Shown here: positions 1 to 14,347 of the stretch, piece by piece | Layout of the letters: each line of letters opens with the position of its first letter | How positions within the stretch are numbered: position 1 is the stretch's first letter | NCBI RefSeq assembly: GCF_006345805.1 | Contig: NC_043013.1 | Coordinates: 30,814,001 to 30,878,000 of the forward strand | Source of the DNA: Octopus sinensis | Lineage: Eukaryota | DNA: 64,000 nucleotides | Direction: 5' to 3' | Notes under the pieces: generated by a model | Databases searched by the model: none | Told to the model about the DNA's origin: nothing | What the model saw: only the letters and a program-made list of their open reading frames with translations | Position numbers and translations under genes: made by a program

Positions 1-334
1 ATCTACTCAGCTTGTTAACAAATTTATATTTTATTGCAAAGAGATATCATAAATAGATTAATAAGGATATGCCAGTGTTATCTAATCAACATTTATTAGT
101 TACTAGAATTTTGAAGAAATATATTATTATTAGTGCTTATACCCAAATGAGAGATTTATTCATAGCGTTTGTTTATTCCAGAATATCAAATAGACATACG
201 TTATGAAGAATAAAATGAAATGATGATCACCATCATTCGATGCGCAATCTCAGATTCAGTATGGCGGCAACTGAACTGGGTGAAGATGTTGGCACATTGG
301 ATAAATTCAATTTGCAACATTTGCTGTCGTTCCA

Positions 335-548
335 AGGCGTCGAGCTGGCAGAAACGTTAGCACGCCGGGTGAAATGTTTAGCGGTATTTCGTCTGCCGTT
401 ACGTTACGAGTTCAAATTACGCCGAGGTCGACTTTGTCTGTCATCCTTTCGGGATTGATTAAATCAATACCAGTTACGCACTGGGGTCGATATAATTGAC
501 TGGCCCCCTCCCCCAAAATGTCGGGCCTTGTGCATAAATTAGAAAAGA
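335..548 (+). mobile_element. tRNA-derived SINE, family 1 (GGCGxCGAGCTGGCAGAAACGTTAGCAC head)
   Basis: The head has A-box-like AGCTGGCAGAA and B-box-like GAGTTCAAAT. The body matches the copies at 50644-51245, 55843-57385 and, on the minus strand, 25430-25850. Confidence 0.85.
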
Positions 549-688
549 TAATTTATTGTAGTTCTCTTCTGTTTTGTACTGAAGTCTAGTGAACGCTAAC
601 TTTTACACTGATCGTTTCGAGGTCAACACATTAAGTACAATCAAGTAGTCGACTCGCTTTCTCGTCCCCTTCTTCCTTTCATTGCCAT

Positions 689-808
689 ACTCTCTCTCTC
701 TCTCTCTCCAGTCTCTCTCATTCACTCTCTCTCTCATTCGCTCTCTCTCTCATTCGCTCTCTCTCTCATTCGCTCTCTCTCTCTCATTCGCTCTCTCTCT
801 CTCTCTCG
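689..808. repeat. (CT)n microsatellite interrupted by repeated CATTCG units
   Basis: Directly visible ctctctctcattcg repeats. Confidence 0.9.
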
Positions 809-3599
809 CCTACAAAACGCTACCTAAATATGCCAATTAATGCCCACTTATATCGTGGAGCTAGCAAAATTTTCAGCTAAAATTTGAAGGGGAAAAACAT
901 ATATTTAGCGATATCAGTCATTCTGTGTGCATCCATGATATTTTTAACAAAGCGAGTGCACAATGTTCGACATGCTTTTCACATGCAAGATATCTTAATA
1001 ACGGTTTGTTTCTAAGACATAAAAATGAGAAAACAGATACATTGTGTCAAGATGGGATTGTACTGATTCAGGCTTGCAACTCATTAGTGATGTTCATCCA
1101 CCGAAAAGAGACGTTATTAACGTAATCCACTAACAAACCAAAAATCGAAAAACCCTGCATTCATTTATCTATCTATTTATCCATCAATCACTCGTACTTA
1201 AATTCATAGAAATATCGGACAGTTGATACATATTGTATTGGAGTAACTGTACTTTCTCTAACTTATATGAGAATATTCACCAGTAAAATAAGACGATGTA
1301 TTCAATTATGCCTTTAAAATACAAACCTCCCTTTCCTTAATACAATATAATACAATCAGCAAGAAACAGATTATTTATATTTACCACCTACTATCATTGC
1401 AGCGAATGCAGTCGCATGCATTATGACTTGGGTTCACGCTGATGGTTACAATGTTAAGTATTGATTATTTGTCAACAACATGAAGGGAAAAAACTAACAT
1501 TTAAAAGATTTATATATTTAAAAAGGATCGATATACATTCATTTTCAAATTACTACTTTTTCTTTCTTTTCACTCACATTTGGAACGAAAATGAGATAGA
1601 ATTGAATTATTCATACATATACATTTTGATGCATTGTATGTGTTCAACAGTTTAGACTTAATTATGAATGCTTCTGGGGGTTTTTTTTTGGGGGGGGGGA
1701 TTTATATTATATGTAGAAATTGTTCTATCAAAATACTTTTGATATATCTGCAAATTCAGCTTCGGGGCCTAGTTCCCTATTTTGGAATGATTGAATCTTT
1801 ATAAATTTATACAATTCCTTATTTACCGTAACAGAAAATTTATCTAAAATCGATGTTCCATACGCTGTTATATATGCTACAGCACCTGCTAATCCAAGAC
1901 CAAGCGTACAAAACCAATCGTATTTAAATAAATGTATTTGATATTTCTTTGAGATTTATATTTATTTTAACATTTACTGATGTTTCTATTTTGGATAGAC
2001 CAATGATAGTTTAATAGACAGTGATTTCTCTTTACAAAATCGTTTCAATTTCGAATACGTACCAAAGAATCTCAGTCGTAACTCTGTCAGAGAAGGCAAT
2101 GCATTGAAAATTATAATCCCAGATACACTATGAGCGCATATTTAATGTATCCCAGAAGATACGTGACAGAATTCAAGTGGGGAAAATCTTAGAATCTATA
2201 TAAAAATTTATATATCGTTTCCGAATGCGTTTGAGCAATTATTAACACGATCTCTCTCAAACAGACAAAAGAGGTGGTTTTCCCTTTATTGTGCTTAAGA
2301 GTAATCGGAACATAGAACAATAGGAAATGATAAATAATATCAACGGTATGTACGACACCGCGGAAATCTAATTCACTGAATATTTGAAGCTAACATTATT
2401 TAGCCAGCCACGCAACATAGAACCACAAATATGAGCCAATATCTTTTTTTGGTACTCCATATGTTGCTAGCTATTATTGGTGTCCTTTGTCGTAATGTAC
2501 AAAGCGATTTCTCTGAGATTTCGTGACCAAGTTACTACTTCTAAACGGAGTTAGTTTCTATTCCCGAAAATGGTGTATGTAGATTATCGTGTGGTCCGTA
2601 ATAATCAAAATTATATTACGGTGCACCTTAACAAATTCGCATTTTTTCATACGGCTTTGAAAGTATTGTTTTTGATGAGTTCCTTTGCAAACTCTGGTTA
2701 TCTCAGAATTCAGTGTCTCTCATCTAGGCGGTGAATACATTTATATTGATTCATCTCTTAAACATATTTAGTTAATTAGCACCTTCCTTCCCACAGTCCT
2801 CTTTTCTCTAAAATGAAAATATTATGAATTTAAAGCCTTTAAAGGTGTGTTCAGCGAGAATAATTCGGAAAAGCATAAACATTTATGGTCCCATTTGAAA
2901 TTTTCCTAATCAAATAATAAATTTAGAATTGCCCTTATAAAGAAAAACATACATAATTTGAATCATCCAACGATTGTAATAATTTTCCTCTCTACTTCTT
3001 AAATGATAAAATTATACCAAAAAGCACTGTGCTATATTTAACAATAAACCGAAAACCATTGTAGAATTACGCTTTTAATGACAGCTGGAAATACGGAAAT
3101 AAATTTTGAATGCAATAATAATTGAATCCACTTAATCGAAACTATTTTAAATATTTTTAATTGTATGAATACAATACAAACAGAGTATAAAATATTTCTC
3201 CCATTTTGATTTCAGAATACTTCTTTCGGAAAAGCGCATGCCATTCAAAATGACGCAAGAAAAAAAATATTTAATGATCGATTATTGTCGATGTCACGTT
3301 TAGGCAGAAATTTTCACAGGACTGAATTTCTTTTTCTCATTTTTATTTTCATCTATCTACATTCATTTTTTGAGTTTTCCAGATTTTATAAAATAAAGGC
3401 AAATAAATATGCACGGGGAATAATTCAAACAATTATATCAGTCATTGAGATGTATGTATTCAAATAATCAGTGTGGTCTGATATTTTCGTTTATATGCGT
3501 TCTTTAAATTTCAGTTTGCCTAGAGTTTCCTGTGGATTAAAGAAGTAATATAAGTGAAATATTTGGGAGCTAAAGGATATAATGCAGGAGCGGCATCTC

Positions 3600-4678
3600 T
3601 CCACAAGTTCACACCGAATCTTGCACGTTGGTATCGTTGCAAATGTTCATTGCGGCACCTGATAGAGTGCAGGTGAGTTTGTCATAATTATGGTAGGCAT
3701 TCCCCATTACTCGGTTTGGTTGTACACCTTCGGGAATGATGGTTCGCTTCACATTGTGGGCAAAGGCCAATTCAGTCTCTAGTTCCTCTACGCAATGATA
3801 ATTGATGTTGTAGCCACAACGGTTCAAGAGGGTGACTACCTTTCTGCTGCCTGTCATAGATTTCATACCCATACCCATTGCGAAGTGTTTGTGGGGTTTG
3901 ATCGCTCCATGCGTAACGACAGACAAGGAATTCTGACTAGTAGCATCAGCACGACGAATTGTACAGGGGGTTTGCTTGACAAAACCACAATAAAAATTCC
4001 GGTAGAAAGTCTTCTCCAAGTCAGTAGGGTCCCTCTCTCCGTGCAGTAAAGCCTCTGTGGTCAGTGGATAGTTCAGGTTTCGCTTTTTCACACTCTTCAA
4101 TTCCTCCCGGAGCAACAGCACTGCCTAGTTGATTTGCGCTTCGAATCGCAGAATACGCAGACCTGAGAGTAAATGCCGGCAGAAGTTGTAGGTACCACTG
4201 TTGATATTTTGCGTTTTCTTTGTAATGGACTAGGAGTCGTTTCTAGAGGCTGAACATCATCTGTGATAGCTGTGAAATATTTATAACAATCACTGTGGTA
4301 TCCGTGCAAATCGGAAAATGTTTCTGGTAGCTTTTGGATGATGTCGTAATAAATAGATGTACGGAATCTTTTTTTTTTTTTTTATTTGAGCGTTTTGATG
4401 AGGCTTTTGGATGGATCGCTATTTCTGCTTTGAGAGCGGAAGTAGCAGTCAACTTTCAGCGCTCTCTTTAAACTTTCTGCTGTGAATAATACAGTGTAAT
4501 GAACGATCACTTACAACGGGAGGCTGACTGGCCGATTGTACATCCGCAGTTTCCGACTAGAGTCCGCCAATATTCAATGCTAAATTAGGTGTGATTACGT
4601 GGTGATCAGTTTGAGAGGAGACGTGATCGTGGGAATATGAAGGTTGCCCAGGATCGCCAGGTGAGAAATGGTCCTCTA
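3600..4678 (-). mobile_element. Degenerate DNA-transposon transposase relic, Academ-like
   Basis: Frameshifted minus-strand frames give GYHSDCYKYFTA (YHxxCYxxFT), CVFC and KHFAMGMGMKSMTGSRKVVTLLNRCGYNINYHCVEELETELA, motifs I recognise from large invertebrate Academ-type transposases. A candidate terminus TAGAGGACCATTTCTCACCTGG starts at 4678 on the minus strand; no partner end was found. Confidence 0.55.
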
Positions 4679-5779
4679 TGATGATTTATTTTTGATACTC
4701 CTTTGCTTAATATATTGAATAGCGGAAGACGAATATCAGGCGTGTTTGTACTCTGATGATCTGAATGCGAATGAGTATGAGTAAAGAATTGGATAAAGCG
4801 TTACAAAAACGTGACAAACTCTATCAAAATACATTTCGGCTCAAAGACACGTCCGTATGTAGCATTCATCAAGTAGCTTGAAAACAGTGTTTCTGTCTAT
4901 TTCTCTTTAATTAGTGCATAGTGATTTGTAATGCTTCTTAAATTAGAAATCCATACCTAAAACGGTTCTTAAGTGACATGAATATATTCAGTTGGACTTA
5001 GTGAAAATTTCTGCGAATTGACGCCGGAGCAGAAAGTCTCATGAATTCTTAATAAAGAGTCTAATTAAAGCTTCTTTATTCGTCTTTCCATTCCCGATTT
5101 TTTCCTTAAGTTTTCATTTAAGTACCACTTGTGTCTAAGGAGTAATGTTCAATGTGATTCGTTATTGGAGCTTAAAGTCTAATTAAATTAGTTATTTACG
5201 GAAATTGATTATCTCATAATTAGTTAATCCATACATGTGTATACTTATGAATCACGTTTCATGGTATTAGGACCATTTGTACACATATTGTGCCCTGCCA
5301 GTATTTTAGAGATTCAAGTCTAATGAAATCAGGACTGGCTCTCAGTCGAATATGTTTTTTAATTGCCATATCGAAAATACCTAAAATTAGAATGATTAGA
5401 AACGAAATACGAAAACGCATTTCGGATTTTTGATAAATACGGAGAGCACGGCGGCATATTCAGGACATACAGAACTGACACACTGGGGTAAAGTGACAGA
5501 AACTACCTTGTGTGTATTTTTATGTAACATGACAATTCGAAATATAGATCTTGGAAAAATCGCCTAACGTTACTTCTGCACAAACAACATAGGTACTTGC
5601 GGGCTAACATATTTATTGCATTGAGCCAAAGTTATTATTAACCAAATGATAATTACACATATATTTTAAATCATGTGGAAGATTGGAACTCTGCAGCGTC
5701 CAATACAATTTTGATCTCTATATAACCTTAGTGATAGTACAATGATATCCAACTGCCTACGACGTACAATACAGTTTTC

Positions 5780-5782
5780 ACG

Positions 5783-5816
<34 letters not shown>

Positions 5817-5824
5817 TGTGAGTT

Positions 5825-5870
<46 letters not shown>

Positions 5871-5874
5871 TGTG

Positions 5875-5910
<36 letters not shown>
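5780..5910. repeat. (TA)n microsatellite with duplicated TGCCTGTGAGTTT insert
   Basis: Directly visible. Confidence 0.9.
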
Positions 5911-6004
5911 TATAAAGGTAGCGTAAAGACCTTCATCATTCGGTCATAAATGGCCATAGGACTGCATTTACAAATTTCTACTCCAGCACATTAATCTATG
6001 TAGG

Positions 6005-6260
6005 GTTATTTACGGCGGACCAGCAGATGCCCATGCATGGCAGCCTTCCCTCTCCACGCAGCCAATATTATCCAAAGGAAAGAAAAAGGCCAATGCAGAT
6101 TCGCATCAGTGGTGTCGCAACATTTTTCTGCAGCTAAGTGATCTGGTGCAACATGAAATAACGTATCTTGCTCAAAAACAGTAAGCACTGCCCAGTCCTC
6201 GAATCAGACGCACTACCTCATGATTGTGAGACCGATGCTCTAACCACTGAGCCATGCGCC
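6005..6260 (-). mobile_element. tRNA-derived SINE, family 3
   Basis: The minus strand reads GGCGCATGGCTCAGTGGTTAGAGCATCGG (A box TGGCTCAGTGG), then a degenerate B box and a non-tRNA body. Confidence 0.75.
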
Positions 6261-7058
6261 TTTACATTTTATATTCTTGATTAAAAATGTATATCCTTGC
6301 ATAAAAATTGCTCATGTATGCATTTCGCTACAATTGCCTTATAGTTCAGTTTCATAACTTTATCTCTATCTCACATACACACTCTCTAAGTCACCCTCAC
6401 TCGCCTGTTTTAACCCTCTCATAGTCATACTCAATTTCCATCAATCCCTTAACTTATGTCTCCTAATCCCTCCTAATCTCAAGTAGTCCGTTCTTTTCCC
6501 TCACGAATATTATCACATTTTCTTCCACTGCTTCCTGTTTATAGGTTTTTTGCTAAGATACTGCTATTATTTACAACATCATTCCAATGACCTAAATCAT
6601 TTTGTATCAGGGCATATACAACCATTTTATATCCATCAATTTCTCAGCATTATGATCTCGCTCTCTTCTTCTGCTGGATCTCATTGGTGCAATAATATTT
6701 TTACAATCAAATGAGTTATCAGTTAAGTCATCATTCAACATGCAGGAAAGAGTGGTGATATCGACTTTAGACTATATTCTTCTATCTTTAATAGAGTAAT
6801 ATATTCACTGATTTACTCGAAGAACTTTCTCAGTTGATATACATGAAGGACACAACTCAGGTGATTTTTCTTCATTGGCTTAACTGACCGTGGTGCACCT
6901 GCTGCTGAACGACAGCAATAAAGGAATAAAACCGAAGAAAGTACCTGGCTTTTCATCGACTTATAAACCACTATGCCAATGGCATCTTTTATATAAAAGC
7001 ATATACCATATGCATTTCAATTTCATCAACATATAACACTTGCACACGTACATGCGCG

Positions 7059-7174
<116 letters not shown>

Positions 7175-7175
7175 C

Positions 7176-7207
<32 letters not shown>

Positions 7208-7354
7208 GGAAATCATTTTTCTATGCTAATTTAGTTAATTTTGTCAAGCTCCCTTTTCAGTTTGTACGATAGAAATTTAAATGTAATAAAATGTTTAAAA
7301 ATATATTTAAACTGCCTATTTGATGACTGTAAACCTACTTTTGGGCCATATATA

Positions 7355-7970
7355 TATATACATACCTCTTCCTTGTCATAGCCAAGGTGTCGAGCATGCT
7401 CTCAATTTAGTGACAGAAGCTTCTGAAGTCAGAATAGGCTACGAAAATAGTCACAAATTCATATTAAATATACAGAAATCGAGACAAAATTTACCTCACT
7501 TTGACTGGAAAAAACAATGATAATTTAATTAAATAGTAAATACTATTAATACTTATTTTATAGTGTTCACTGTTCATGTATTTCGTTTGAGGTTCGTGCA
7601 TAGTTTTTTTTTTATGGCATATAATAATCATTAAGAATTTTCATGTTTTCTTTTACTTTAAAAGTGTTTTTCTGAATATAGGCTTTTCTTATTTAAAATA
7701 TTAATACAAACTATATAAAGTTTCCAATAACTGTTTTTCAAGTGGTGGTGGTGGTGGTGGTGGTGGTGTTGGAGGGTTGCATATGATTTGTAAAATGTTA
7801 TATAGGTAGTACTTAACCGATTCTAAGTTAATAGCATTAAAACAAGTTTAGATTTCTTTACATCTTCAGTATTCAAAACGTAGAATTGGGGGAGGGCTAT
7901 GCGAGCAGTAGGGGTGGTCGCATACTTTTAAAAAATCATTAATTCATTTCTCACATCAAAATGAACACCA
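7355..7970 (+). mobile_element. 3' relic of a hAT-like (possibly hATm-type) transposase
   Basis: ORF 7320-7520 contains PCHSQGVEHALNLVTEAS...GYENSHKFI, resembling the PCHxQxVERxVKLVTEAS C-terminal motif. A possible degenerate end lies near 7958-7969. The subfamily call is tentative. Confidence 0.5.
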
Positions 7971-8059
7971 AGCAATATGTGGAATGAAAATATAAAACTT
8001 GACCTCCCTGACTAATTTATATATATATGTATATATATATATATATCGCTGAACCCTAC

Positions 8060-8120
8060 ACGTTTTTTTCCTTCTCTCTCTATTAAATTTCCTCTTATAA
8101 TTCCTTTCTGTCGAAAAGCG
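8060..8120 (+). mobile_element. Truncated fragment of the hammerhead-bearing Penelope-type repeat
   Basis: CCTTTCTGTCGAAAAGCGTA matches CCTTTCTGTTGAAGAGCGTA at 56432. Confidence 0.5.
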
Positions 8121-10029
8121 TATATATTACATAAATTTGGGATTCTGACTTCCGTAATTATGATTTAGAGAACTTTTGGACATTACCTCACCAAACCATT
8201 TCTAACTTACATATATTTGGAGGTCATATTTGGGGACAAATAGTTTACTGAAACGTTGTTTACCGGGTGGTATTCAAGTATTAATTCTTGGATGAAATTG
8301 ACCATGAGTGTACTTTCCTTCTTTGCTTTATTTCGTGCAACGAGGCATAACCAGTTGAGGAAAAATAAGCTGTGTCACAATGCAGTGAAAAAATCGTAGA
8401 GCAATATAAGAAAACCCTTTTCCATCAGACTACATAGCCCTGTGTACTGTGGTAAAATTTATAGATGGGCTGCTCCCTAGGACATTTCGTAACAATACCC
8501 TAAGGAACCTATTCCTTTGTGTAGTTTAATAACCCTGAAAAGTCCTTGTTTAATGGCAGTAATGGGAACATTTGTTGCAAAATTGTGGTTGATGCGTCAC
8601 ATTGATGGTGATCACTGGATCTCTTCCGTTACCTTCAGCAACTTTGTTAGCATGCAGTTGGCAGCTGTCGTTGCTGTCGATATGTAGTTCATGTTCAAAT
8701 GGACCATAATTGGGTTAGCAAACAATAAGTTCACTTCATCATAATGATGAAGAGCAGATTTTGTAGGATTAAAGTTATTGAGGAGAGGATATAATATTTG
8801 TGCTTTGTTACTCTGGTAAAAAATTTCGTCCGTGGATTATATTTTGATCGATTGCCCTCCACCGGCTATGCAGTTAAAAGTACAATCACGTGGTCAGGAT
8901 GCACTCTTGCATAGGAAACAGCTGCCGATATCATGATTCTGTGTTATTCTTGTGTGTATATTGAAGATCACTTGTGTTTTTATTGCTGTTTCTAGGCAGC
9001 AAGTAGATTAAGGCTCGGTAGTTATGTAATAGATGCGTTGTTGGGCTGAGCTGACGCAGAAACTATTGTTTCTGTTAGAGATAGTTGTAGTAGTCCCAGT
9101 AACAACAGCAAAAATGGTGATCGGGATGGCGACTACGACGACGAAAATAACACTGATGTGTAAACAGATTCGTTTACTGAGGGAATAGATAGGTAACCAA
9201 GGAATAAAGAGAATGGATGTTTTGTGCTAGCGCTAATGGGACAGGCCACCAGAGAGTCACAAAGTTTAAAGTTAAGAATAGTTTATCGTTTTTGTTGTTC
9301 ATTTTGTTGTTTTTATTGCTGATTATATCACATATTTAATGTAAAGAAAGATTAAATACAAAGAAGCAGAGAAAAAGGAAGATAAACGAGTAAAGAAAGA
9401 AAAAAAAGAGTGGGTGGTAAAGCGGCAGTAGATGGAAGAACCTCTATCAGAAAATGAGTAAATAGATGACGTTTTTCAAAGTGTGTGTTTTAAAGATAAA
9501 AGGCTTTAAAAATCTGTTTTCAAGTTGACTTGTTAATCAGTGGTTAGAAAGAAGAACGATTCTGAGCACTATGTCATGTCATTGAATCATTAAATATATG
9601 ACGCCTAGTAACGAAACTACGAATGTAGCACCGAAGCCCTTTTGTTTATTATTGACGTGCAATTTGTTGATCGTCATGTAGGTGAGCAGTTGTTTTTGCA
9701 CTGGTATTGTCAAGACTTGCTTCGCAGCGCTCTTGAATTGAAGGAATTCGAAGATGCAACTATAAGGTAAGACTTTTGTTTTTTGGGGATTCAGTGGGGG
9801 TTTGTTGTTTGTTAATTTTTTTTTAACAAGAAATCCCTACTGGATTCCGAGGTATTTGTCTGCCTATAGTCATGCTGTCTCACTTAATTGTGAGATTTGT
9901 GTTGTTTTGGGGGCCTCCAAAACTGGTGAAATGTTTCGGAAGTTCTCTACCAATTTGTGACAGATTTTTCAAAGTTGTGTTCTTAATCATCAACTTAATC
10001 ATCAACTTAATCTTCAAAAAAGATTACTT

Positions 10030-11560
10030 AAGGTTGTGAGAGGAAGCATGGCAGTTTATGTCTGCCTGCCTTCCCAACACTCTCCGCTGTGCTGGGCATT
10101 GCAAATGCGTTGCCACAGGGCTCTGGATTGGTGTGGCAGCCGGGCTGATGTGCACTCTACCAGCTATCACCTCCTGGGTGACATCTTTGATGAGATTGTC
10201 CTTCACATGCTGTTGGAAATGTCTATCCTTCCACTCTTCCTCACCAACCTTTGCGTATTTTCATTCAGGGTCTTTCTGTGTAGTTTTAAAACATTTGATT
10301 TGAGATCTTGCTTTTATAAACCACTCCACCTTCTCATTTTTCGCTATAAAATGCTATACACTAATCAGTTTCTTTAAAAAACATTTTAGCGTTCTGGGGT
10401 GGGATTTATTGAAATGCTGTCCTACAAACGTAGTACGAGCGGGGTGGAATTGGAAAATTTCTTTGTGTTGTTCGTCTGCATTTATTTTTTTTTGTTTGGG
10501 GTGGGGAGTCCAGGGAGTTACATTTTTTCCTTTTGTGTGTCACAGTCGTGTACTCCATTTCTTCCTGTTCGTTTACTTTTGTTAGATTTTTTCCCTCCTC
10601 CTTATCTTTTTCGTTTTCTTTTTCATTCTTTTTCTTTTCCTCCTTTTGAATTTCAGTTTGTTTTTTCCCGTGTTAGTTTTCTTTTGTTGTTGCTGTGTTG
10701 TCTGTTTTGTTGTTTTTTGTGTTTTTCACAGCGTTTTGAGGAGGGACATTAACCGTTTTTTCTTCGTGCATTCGGAGCGAACGTGGCCCTTCTGTCCGCA
10801 CTTGAATCATCTGGGCCTACGTCCCTCCACCGATACAAGTATAGTATGACCCTCCTCCACCAAGACCCTATCTGGCAAACTTTCGAGCGTAGAATTGTCC
10901 GCTTGAATTATGATTTCAAGTTATTGGCCTTTCCAATTCGTCGCCTCTTTTTTCCTCATCTTCAATATGGATAATTTTCCCTCTACGTCGAAAATAATTG
11001 CTGTTACCATCCGCATTACTTCAGAATCCCTGGTTATGTCTTCTACCGTTACCTTTGCAGTTCTGCTACCTAACTAATTGGGAAGCAGCATGATGTATTC
11101 GCTCTACAACGTTTGTGTTGAAATTTCTTTCGCTACGCTAGCGGACTCGAGATGCACTTCTATCGTAGCGCTTCTCACTCTTCGACTAACGTAGCGAAAC
11201 TTATTCCATATTGACGCCATGCACCGTTCGACTATTTCATTTTCTACGTCTGGATTTTTTTTCTTTTATATTATAGACTCTGTAAATAACCGTCTTTTCA
11301 CGAATGGCTTGCATAATTTCAGGGGGGGGGGTATCTATCTTGTTTCTTCACCGTTTTTTTTTAATTAACTGTCTGAACTGGAAGAGCTTGTCCATTGTCA
11401 CTTCCAGTTCTACAATATTGCCGCCTACAGCATCAGATAAACTTTGTTTAGCTTGTGTGACCTTTTGTTTGTCGACGTTTTTAACTTCTCCCATCTCGAG
11501 AACATCTGTTTTTGACGTTAAGTCAAGTTCTATTGTAAGAAAACAAGAAACTTGTCACAA
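10030..11560 (-). mobile_element. Degenerate ORF1 (gag-like, zinc knuckle) of an L1/Tx1-like LINE
   Basis: Minus-strand translation with stops gives MGEVKNVDKQK..., EKTVIYRVYNIKE..., LLPN*LGSRTAKVTVE and LVSVEGRRPR*FKCGQKGHVRSEC (CX2CX4HX4C with the first Cys changed to TGA, 10766-10838), followed by a K/E-rich tail. Confidence 0.65.
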
Positions 11561-12249
11561 ATGATAAGAAAATAAAGAATTTTTTTCAAAAATAACCTAT
11601 AAAGATTAACAGTTCGCACAAAAAACAGAAATGTTCTACCTCATAGGGAGAAAATTACTGTGTGTCAAAAGACAACAGTTCAAAACTTACATGTGTAACA
11701 CGAGAACAAAAATGACAAACAGAAACGAACTCACACAACAGGTTGCAGCAGAAAAGAATTCGACCTAAATCCAAGGAAAATTGAAAAAATCAGCGGTCTT
11801 CGATGCGAAGGCGCCCCAATGCAAATACATATATCCTTTTTCCAGTGACAAATGTCACTGATTTCGAAAAAATGTAAACAAGCAATAATGAATCTCTGAA
11901 CGAGGTATAAACAGTAGCTGCACGACAATGTGAAGTATATTTGTCACTTAAATGTGGCTAACCACTAAGGGTAGATGCTACTGCATACACACATACCTAA
12001 GTACACACATATGCATGCAGAGTACATACATACAAAGATGCACACATGAATATATATATATAAATACATGCATACACATACATACATGCCCACAAATACA
12101 TACATACATACATACAAATATGTATGTATATATGTATGTATGTACACTAACGCACACACATACGTACTTAAAGAAAACGCAATTCCGATAACGGACAGAA
12201 ACACCGACTATTAAAAAGGTTGCAAGTCGAAATGAAACTTGTAGTAAAA

Positions 12250-12390
12250 AATAACAAGTAAATGAGTGGAAATCAAACCGGTGAGTGTGTTAATTTAATA
12301 AGGCATTAAAGGAAAATGACCCTCCACTGACACAATAGCATATGATTCAGCTCGCGAATTCACATGAAGGATCTTGCAAACCGCATACAA
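12250..12390 (+). repeat. Unclassified dispersed repeat (also 34655-34745 and 58250-58335)
   Basis: AGTAAATGAGTGGAAAT..GGTGAGTGTGTTAA..AAAATGA..CTCC is shared with 58250-58335. The CACAA..ATATG..GGATCTTGCAAACC portion is shared with 34680-34745. Confidence 0.7.
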
Positions 12391-12980
12391 AAACGAAATC
12401 CTTTAAAATTGTTTTGATGAAGTGTTTACATTCTTGTCGCAAATTAAGCTAATGAGATATGATGTTTATATACTTAATTGTAAGGGATATTAAACGAAGG
12501 GGTTCATGCATGAGTGAATATGAAATACGTCGGGTTACATATGATCTTCAGTGAGGTTATTGTGGAATAATTGCCAGTTAATGCCTTGGCAATACAAAAA
12601 ACAAAAACACAAAAAAAAAAAAAACGACATCATTAATTCAAAACAACAGACAAATACATATTTCTGTTCTGAAATGTAAGAATATATGGTTAATGTATTA
12701 CCTAGTTACCAGAAATGTCAGTATTTCACCGATATTCAAAGCGTTTTCAAAAAAGAAACAAATTCCAACTTATTCATTGAAGTAGATTCAATTCAATTGA
12801 ATATCGTTGAATCTGTGTGATCTGCGGTATTGAGTTATGGAGAAAAGAAAGAACACGGCCGTCTGGTCTGAGAGGCAATAACAACATACATACAAACATG
12901 TATACATAGTTATATATATATATATATAAGCATATATATATATTCATAATTATTATACACCTATATACATGTATACACAA

Positions 12981-13027
<47 letters not shown>

Positions 13028-13256
13028 ATATAGGTTACATCATTTAATAACGATACACATCGAAAATTACTACTTCAATTCGTTGAAAGAGAAGTCTCGT
13101 CATGTTACTCTCGGTCAACGAACGGTATTTATTTCATATTATATATGACATTAAGTAATACATAAGATAAAGTATAACCCATCATTCGGTTATTGAACAC
13201 AATGTTACCCAGATTCCTGTATGGATTGCTGAAGTGAACGACTTTATCTCAGACTA

Positions 13257-13258
13257 TA

Positions 13259-13315
<57 letters not shown>

Positions 13316-13379
13316 CTCTCTCTCTATCTCTATCTCTCTCTATATATATATATAGAGAGAGAGATAGATAGAGAGATAG

Positions 13380-13434
<55 letters not shown>

Positions 13435-13660
13435 GATAGATAGGTAGATAAGTAGATATATAGATAGATATAGATATAGAGAAAGATATAGATAGATAAA
13501 TAAATAAATAGATAGATAGATACATAATTATATAGATAGATAAACAGATTGATAGATAGATATGTAGATATATAGATTGATAGATAGATTGATAGATAGA
13601 TAGATAGATAGGCAAATAGATAAATAGATAGATCGATAGATATTGATATAGATATGTATC
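13257..13660. repeat. Compound (TATC)n-(TC)n-(TA)n-(GA)n-(GATA)n microsatellite
   Basis: Directly visible. Confidence 0.95.
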
Positions 13661-13944
13661 TATTCATTTATATATGTGTATGTGTGTCTAGGTGTGCGTG
13701 CGTGTGTATGATATCGTTTTTCCTTAACTCTTGATATAACTGCAGAAGCACTAATGTTATATAAGGATTTTTGTGGCAATATCAACAAGGAAGGACAACT
13801 CCCTGCCTCGGTTTCTTTGTAAAAGAAGTCTTTCTTTTTTGTCCTTAGGGAGTGAGAAGTAGACGCGTGTGTGTGTGCATGTAGATGTGTGTGTGTGTAT
13901 ATATATGTCTGCAGGCAGATGAATGTGTGGATAGTTAGACCTAT

Positions 13945-13951
13945 AGATAGG

Positions 13952-14033
<82 letters not shown>

Positions 14034-14110
14034 AGGGGGAGAGAGGCAGATAGAGAGAGAGAGATATACAAAGCGAGAAAGAGATACAGAGGGAGCGGTA
14101 GAGAGAGCGG
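13945..14110. repeat. (GATA)n/(GA)n microsatellite
   Basis: Directly visible. Confidence 0.9.
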
Positions 14111-14289
14111 TAGTGAAAGTAGATGAAAGTTGGTATTTACGTAGAAACATTTTTCAAAACATTTTACTAAAGAATATAGATATGATACAATTACCTACAG
14201 CAATCTTCGTGTGGCATATTTTGTCTATAGAAATATTTTCCAAATTATACATTCATTTAACAATAGTATATTAACTGATTTCTTTAATA

Positions 14290-14320
<31 letters not shown>

Positions 14321-14347
14321 TAATAAATAATAATAATAATAATAATA

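Noticed and set aside
6005-6260. tRNA genes at SINE heads (also 335 and 55449)
   Set aside because: Only A/B-box-like heads are present, they continue into SINE bodies, and no complete cloverleaf forms.
8150-9200. Second degraded LINE ORF1 or Penelope fragment (minus; CNKCSHYCH-like stretch)
   Set aside because: Motif hints conflict between frames and are too degraded to assign.
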